From positions 2,579,178 through 2,643,177 of the forward strand of contig CBDFGR010000003.1 in NCBI GenBank assembly GCA_965247115.1: a stretch of DNA of 64,000 nucleotides. Direction: 5' to 3'. This stretch comes from Myxococcota bacterium (lineage in GTDB: Bacteria > Myxococcota_A > UBA9160 > SZUA-336). Positions 60,231 to 64,000 of the stretch are shown piece after piece (within the stretch, counting starts at the first letter, position 1; the number at the start of each line of letters is the position of its first letter). The position numbers and the translations under genes were made by a program. Under the pieces are notes generated by a model. It did not search any database. It had not been told where the DNA came from and worked only from the letters and a program-made list of their open reading frames with translations.

Positions 60231-60473
60231 AACAACACGGTGGAGCATCCATTCAGACGCTATTGCTTGGAGCACGACCTAACGCAGGCGGAATTCGCGC
60301 GACTGGTCTCTCTATCCCCTCCCTACGTCAGCCAGCTCATAAGCGGCCGAGAGCGAATCGGTCGCATCGCTGCACTTCGAGTGGTCGAGAAGACCGGAGG
60401 CGAAGTTACGCTCGCGCAACTACTCACGTGGGAACCGGCGACTCCCAAGCCCGCAGCGGAGGGGGCGGCGTGA
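60219..60473 (+). CDS. Cro-like HTH protein (start may be GTG 60240)
   Basis: LTQAEFARLVSLSPPYVSQLISG...TGGEVT. Confidence 0.85.
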   Translation: MEYPNNTVEHPFRRYCLEHDLTQAEFARLVSLSPPYVSQLISGRERIGRIAALRVVEKTGGEVTLAQLLTWEPATPKPAAEGAA

Positions 60474-60475
60474 GG

Positions 60476-60661
60476 TCACTCGGGGACCTCGGGCTCTCTT
60501 CCGCGAATCGGCGGCGCCTCGATCGTATCGGGGTCCGAGCGGCCGGGTTCACCGAAGTCCGCGCCGACGCAGGTGTACAGCAGGGTCGCGAGGAGGAATC
60601 CAATCGCGATGCCGGCCCACGTCGCGTTCCCTTCCTGCTCAGCCGGGGATGCTTCGGACAT
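60476..60661 (-). CDS. Small single-TM protein, antisense moron
   Basis: GGAGGGG RBS, ATG 60661, WAGIAIGFLLATLLYTCV TM segment. Confidence 0.6.
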   Translation of the reverse strand: MSEASPAEQEGNATWAGIAIGFLLATLLYTCVGADFGEPGRSDPDTIEAPPIRGREPEVPE

Positions 60662-60824
60662 CGTTCCCCTCCCGCCCCGGAACCCGGACTCATGTCGCAA
60701 TGGCCATTCTACGGTGCTGGGGTGGGAGGAGGTCGGAGTCATCGCTTTCGTGCAGGATTGCGCGCGAGCACGGTCAAGTACGGTCATGAGAAAGTTGTGG
60801 GGGGCGAAAGTGAGGTAACCCCCC

Positions 60825-61154
60825 GTGGAATCTGGACGAATCGAGCAAGCCGTCCGGCGAATGCTGGACGATGCCGACGCCTGGATGGACTTTGCTCTCG
60901 CCTGCCACGCAGCCTTCTGCTGGCAGGGCAGCGAGGAGTCAGCGCTGACACTGCTCTCGCACTGGCTTCGCGACGACCGTCGGCGACACCTGCCACCGAA
61001 GGCGATCCTCATCGCGATTCGAGTGACCGGCCTCGACTACGTCAGCCCTCTGCTACACGAGGAAGCGTACCAGGCCCGACTCGAGCGGGACCGCCAGCGC
61101 GACCGCAAGGGTCCGATTGCCCTCGAGAGCGTCGCGCGCAGGCGGAGCGCGTAG
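60825..61154 (+). CDS. CII-like regulator by position
   Basis: LLSHWLRDDRRRHLP; GAGG RBS; lies between cro and replication genes. Confidence 0.5.
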   Translation: MESGRIEQAVRRMLDDADAWMDFALACHAAFCWQGSEESALTLLSHWLRDDRRRHLPPKAILIAIRVTGLDYVSPLLHEEAYQARLERDRQRDRKGPIALESVARRRSA

Positions 61155-61219
61155 CGATTCACACCCGCGCGACGCCCCGTAAGCGCCGCCGAACCCGCCA
61201 CAGAGGGAGCCGCGTGAGG

Positions 61220-61717
61220 TCACTCCAGGCGCCCATGGGTCAGGTAGACCGCATCGCTCATCCCTTTACAAGCTGCGCGCTCGCCGAAGTCGCTGCTGTA
61301 TTCTCCGCCAATCGCTTCGATGCAGACGCGCCTCATCCTGCGTATCAGCAGCGCGTCACGCGCTGCACCCTGTGGGCTGTCTGGTCGGGGCGTGTAATAC
61401 CCCTCGCCTCGCGACTTCGCGATCTTCGCAACGGCGCGAACTCCCGCCACGGCCGCGCTCAAACAGGCAGATGTGCTCGGAGTCCTCGCACCACCCTGCG
61501 GAGCCCAGTCGATCTCGAGGCAGTTCTCGACGAAGTAGCCGACGGCGGACCTCAGCTTGCCTATCTCGGCTCGGTCGAGCCGAAAGGCGTGCACACGGAC
61601 CGCCGCCTCGTTCCAGAGGGCGGGACCGGGCACCCACAGCACCCACCCAAGGAGCACCCCGCACGCCGTCACAAAGAGGACGCGCCCGAGACGGCTTATC
61701 CACGCATGCTCGGGCAC
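61220..61717 (-). CDS. Membrane-anchored Cys-containing exported protein, antisense moron
   Basis: Allele of 28819..29295 with identical N-terminal half and diverged C-terminal half. Confidence 0.65.
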   Translation of the reverse strand: MPEHAWISRLGRVLFVTACGVLLGWVLWVPGPALWNEAAVRVHAFRLDRAEIGKLRSAVGYFVENCLEIDWAPQGGARTPSTSACLSAAVAGVRAVAKIAKSRGEGYYTPRPDSPQGAARDALLIRRMRRVCIEAIGGEYSSDFGERAACKGMSDAVYLTHGRLE

Positions 61718-61933
61718 TCCTTCCCTCCCGCCCCAGAGTCGGGGCTCACTTCGCAGCGGCCATTCTACCCCCCTGCAAAGGCTACAAGATGGTCCATGAA
61801 TCGCGCGGGCTGAGCATCTCGGTTGACGAGAAGCCCGCAGACGGTCCCGCGGGCCCGACTCTCGCACCAGCCGTGCACCGGCACGCGTCAGCTAAGGTCT
61901 CCACACAGAGACTCATCGGGGGGTGAGAGCAAC

Positions 61934-62811
61934 ATGGCTGGTGGCCACTTCAAGCTGTACTGCTCGTTCGGGAATCACCGGAAGACGCTCGGCGCCTACC
62001 GGGACGACCGGACCATGGCCGCCTACGCCCGCCTCGGCATGCTCGCGATCGACCGCTACGCCGACAGGACCGAAGACGAGTTCCTCGTCTCGAGCCTCGA
62101 CCTAATGCGAGTATTCAACGTAGGTACGCTCAAGGCGGCGCTCTGGCGAGCCTCACGTCTGGCCGACCTCACGCCCGTCCGGGTTCAGAGGGCCGACGAC
62201 GTCGCGCCAGACGCGTACCGGGTGAAATGGCCTAACTTCGCGAAAAAGCAGTTCCCGCGACGCGCTGACGTTCAACGTGAACGTGCTTCACCAAACAAAG
62301 TTACGGGCTCCTCCGCTTCCGCTTCCGCTTCCGCGTTAAAAGAAAAGAACCCCCCGCGCCGGAAGCGCGGGGCGGCCAAAGGCACTGAGCCGAAGAGCTC
62401 GGAGCCCCTCGGGGCCTCGGAGCCCCTCGGGCAGCAAGCCGTCCGCCTCTTCTTCGAGCCTTCCGGGAGCACCGAGGCGAAGACTGCAATCCGGTCGGCC
62501 GAGACAAGAGGGCGCTCAAGAGCATCGCGGCGGCGGTCGGCCTGGAGGACTTCGTTCTTCTGCTGCCGGAGTTCTTCGCGATCCGAGACGACCGCTATGT
62601 CGAGAGCGCGGGCTACTCCGGAGCGGTACTCGAGCACCGCTACCAGGCGTGTCTGAGCCGCGCCCGCGCGAAGCGGGACTTCGAGGTGCGCGAGCGAGAG
62701 CGACGCGAGCAAGACGCGCGCGCGCCACCGGATGACGACGCCCCGCAGACCGATCTCTTCGACACTGGAGTCGCCTCGCTTGGGGCGGCACGACAGAAGG
62801 AGCGCGCATGA
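61934..62811 (+). pseudogene. Replication initiator with the same frameshift near 62458
   Basis: TTC TTC GAG CC TTC CGG: one base short of F-F-E-A-F-R. Confidence 0.7.
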
Positions 62812-63662
62812 CGGAACGGACAGACCTCTTCCACGTGGAGCAGATCCAGCAGACCGCTGCTGCGGTGGAGCAAACGCGGCGGCTGCTGGCGCAGGCGAAG
62901 GACTTGCCATCGATCCGACGGCGGCTTGAGGTCAGCCCGATGGCGGACGAGGATCTCCCCGAGTATCCCCGCTGGCCTTCCGGGATCGCTGTGTTCGACG
63001 AGAAGTACGGCGGGTTCCAGGGACTGACGGTGCTTGGCGGCGAGTGGGGAGCCGGCAAGAGCGGGGCCGCCTTGGCCAGCTCGCTCGAGGCTGCGCATCA
63101 GGACATCTGCACAATCGTCGTCGACGCGGAGAACGGCGCGGGCTTGGTGCAGAAGCGCGTCCGACGCTGGTACGGCCACAACTTCGCGCAAGAGTTCCCA
63201 AGGATCGCGGGCACGTCATGGTTCTGGACCAGGGCCCACTTCGGACACCGCCTCTCGGATGTCGTCGACCTGATCCTTCAGCGCTACATGACCGGGCACA
63301 CTGGGATCCTGGTCGTGCTCGACTCGCTCAACACGATCAGCGACCTTATGTCGAAGCCGCAAGCGAACGAGTTCCAGAACCTGCGTTTCCTCGTGGCGTG
63401 GATGGACTGGCTCGTCCAGGAGAGTCACGGCTTCATCCGGTTTATCGCCTGCTCCGAGCTCAACGCCGCAGGTGGGATCAAGGGCCGCAACCCGGCGTAT
63501 CGAGCGAGTGTCGGCCTCACGATCCGGAAGAAGCCGAACGGTGCGGCTGACGAGTGCGAGCTCGACCTGATCAAGCATCGCGATGGCGCGGCCGGAAAGC
63601 TCGGCACGTTCACGCGCGACTGGCAAACGAGCAGGTTCTTCCCCGCGAAGGAGGAGGCATGA
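62808..63662 (+). CDS. DnaB/RecA-fold helicase-like ATPase
   Basis: Translation identical to 26874..27728. Confidence 0.82.
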   Translation: MTERTDLFHVEQIQQTAAAVEQTRRLLAQAKDLPSIRRRLEVSPMADEDLPEYPRWPSGIAVFDEKYGGFQGLTVLGGEWGAGKSGAALASSLEAAHQDICTIVVDAENGAGLVQKRVRRWYGHNFAQEFPRIAGTSWFWTRAHFGHRLSDVVDLILQRYMTGHTGILVVLDSLNTISDLMSKPQANEFQNLRFLVAWMDWLVQESHGFIRFIACSELNAAGGIKGRNPAYRASVGLTIRKKPNGAADECELDLIKHRDGAAGKLGTFTRDWQTSRFFPAKEEA

Positions 63663-63901
63663 CCGCCGCGGAGAGGCTCGAGGCCCGAATGGTGGAGTGC
63701 TGGGAGGAGCAGGAGCAGATCGTGACGTTCCTCATCGAGAGTCCGGACCTGGAGCGCACGCTGCGCAGAGACTTGTACAGCGCTCTGCGTACGCTCGAGG
63801 CCGAAGGCGCACGCTTGGGAGAGCACGTCTTCACGGAACGACGACGGCAGCGAATCCACGAAGCTCGAGCCAGCGATCCGCACCAGCCGAGGCTGCTATG
63901 A
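63659..63901 (+). CDS. Hypothetical protein
   Basis: Translation identical to 26635..26877. Confidence 0.65.
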   Translation: MTAAERLEARMVECWEEQEQIVTFLIESPDLERTLRRDLYSALRTLEAEGARLGEHVFTERRRQRIHEARASDPHQPRLL

Positions 63902-64000
63902 GCGTGTGTCGCGTAGCGGGTTGCCACCGAGCACCACGGAATCACATCGTCGTCATGTGCGATGTGCACATGGACCAGGTCCCGATGATGGTCGCCTCTG
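63898..64000 (+). CDS. Small zinc-finger protein, partial
   Basis: Matches the start of 26390..26638. Confidence 0.55.
   Translation, partial: MSVCRVAGCHRAPRNHIVVMCDVHMDQVPMMVAS

Larger units (their letters stand above)
55018..64000. mobile_element. Prophage 2, integrase-proximal arm, continues beyond window
   Basis: int-xis-recT-recE-cI-cro-replication gene order next to tRNA-Lys. Confidence 0.93.
61502..64000. repeat. Inverted repeat copy B, matching 26536..29034; may extend beyond window
   Basis: Mirror-identical ORF set. Confidence 0.95.

Noticed and set aside
60215..61813. 532-aa plus-strand ORF spanning cro to the morons
   Set aside because: Arg/Pro-rich, overlaps four better-supported genes and has no recognisable motifs; probably a high-GC shadow frame.

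Overview
GC-rich bacterial chromosome segment with two related temperate prophages in inverted orientation around about 20 kb of host genes. Prophage 1 (1 to ~34.3 kb, left end outside the window) is a lambda-like cos siphophage integrated next to the 3' end of tRNA-His. It carries lysis, tail, head, terminase, replication, Sak4/SSB/Cas4-like recombination, Xis and integrase genes, but no recognisable CI/Cro immunity region. The host block contains clpB, a site-2 protease, an acyltransferase, an APC permease, a methyltransferase, tRNA-Arg(TCG), three nucleotide-sugar/glycosyltransferase genes, a cupredoxin, a 5-oxoprolinase-type enzyme, polB, an S41 protease and a small SDR-carrying islet bounded by a duplicated 5' half of tRNA-Lys. 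Prophage 2 (~55 kb to beyond the window end) is integrated at tRNA-Lys(CTT) and has an integrase that reads through the tRNA, Xis, RecT/RecE-like genes, CI/Cro with repeated operator-like motifs, and a replication module. That module forms an apparently identical inverted repeat of at least 2.5 kb with prophage 1. Both prophages carry in-frame stops and frameshifts, whereas the long host genes look intact. The early region of prophage 2 has two cassette-like antisense membrane-protein genes bounded by shared sequence elements. All product calls come from motif recognition and synteny; no database searches were run.
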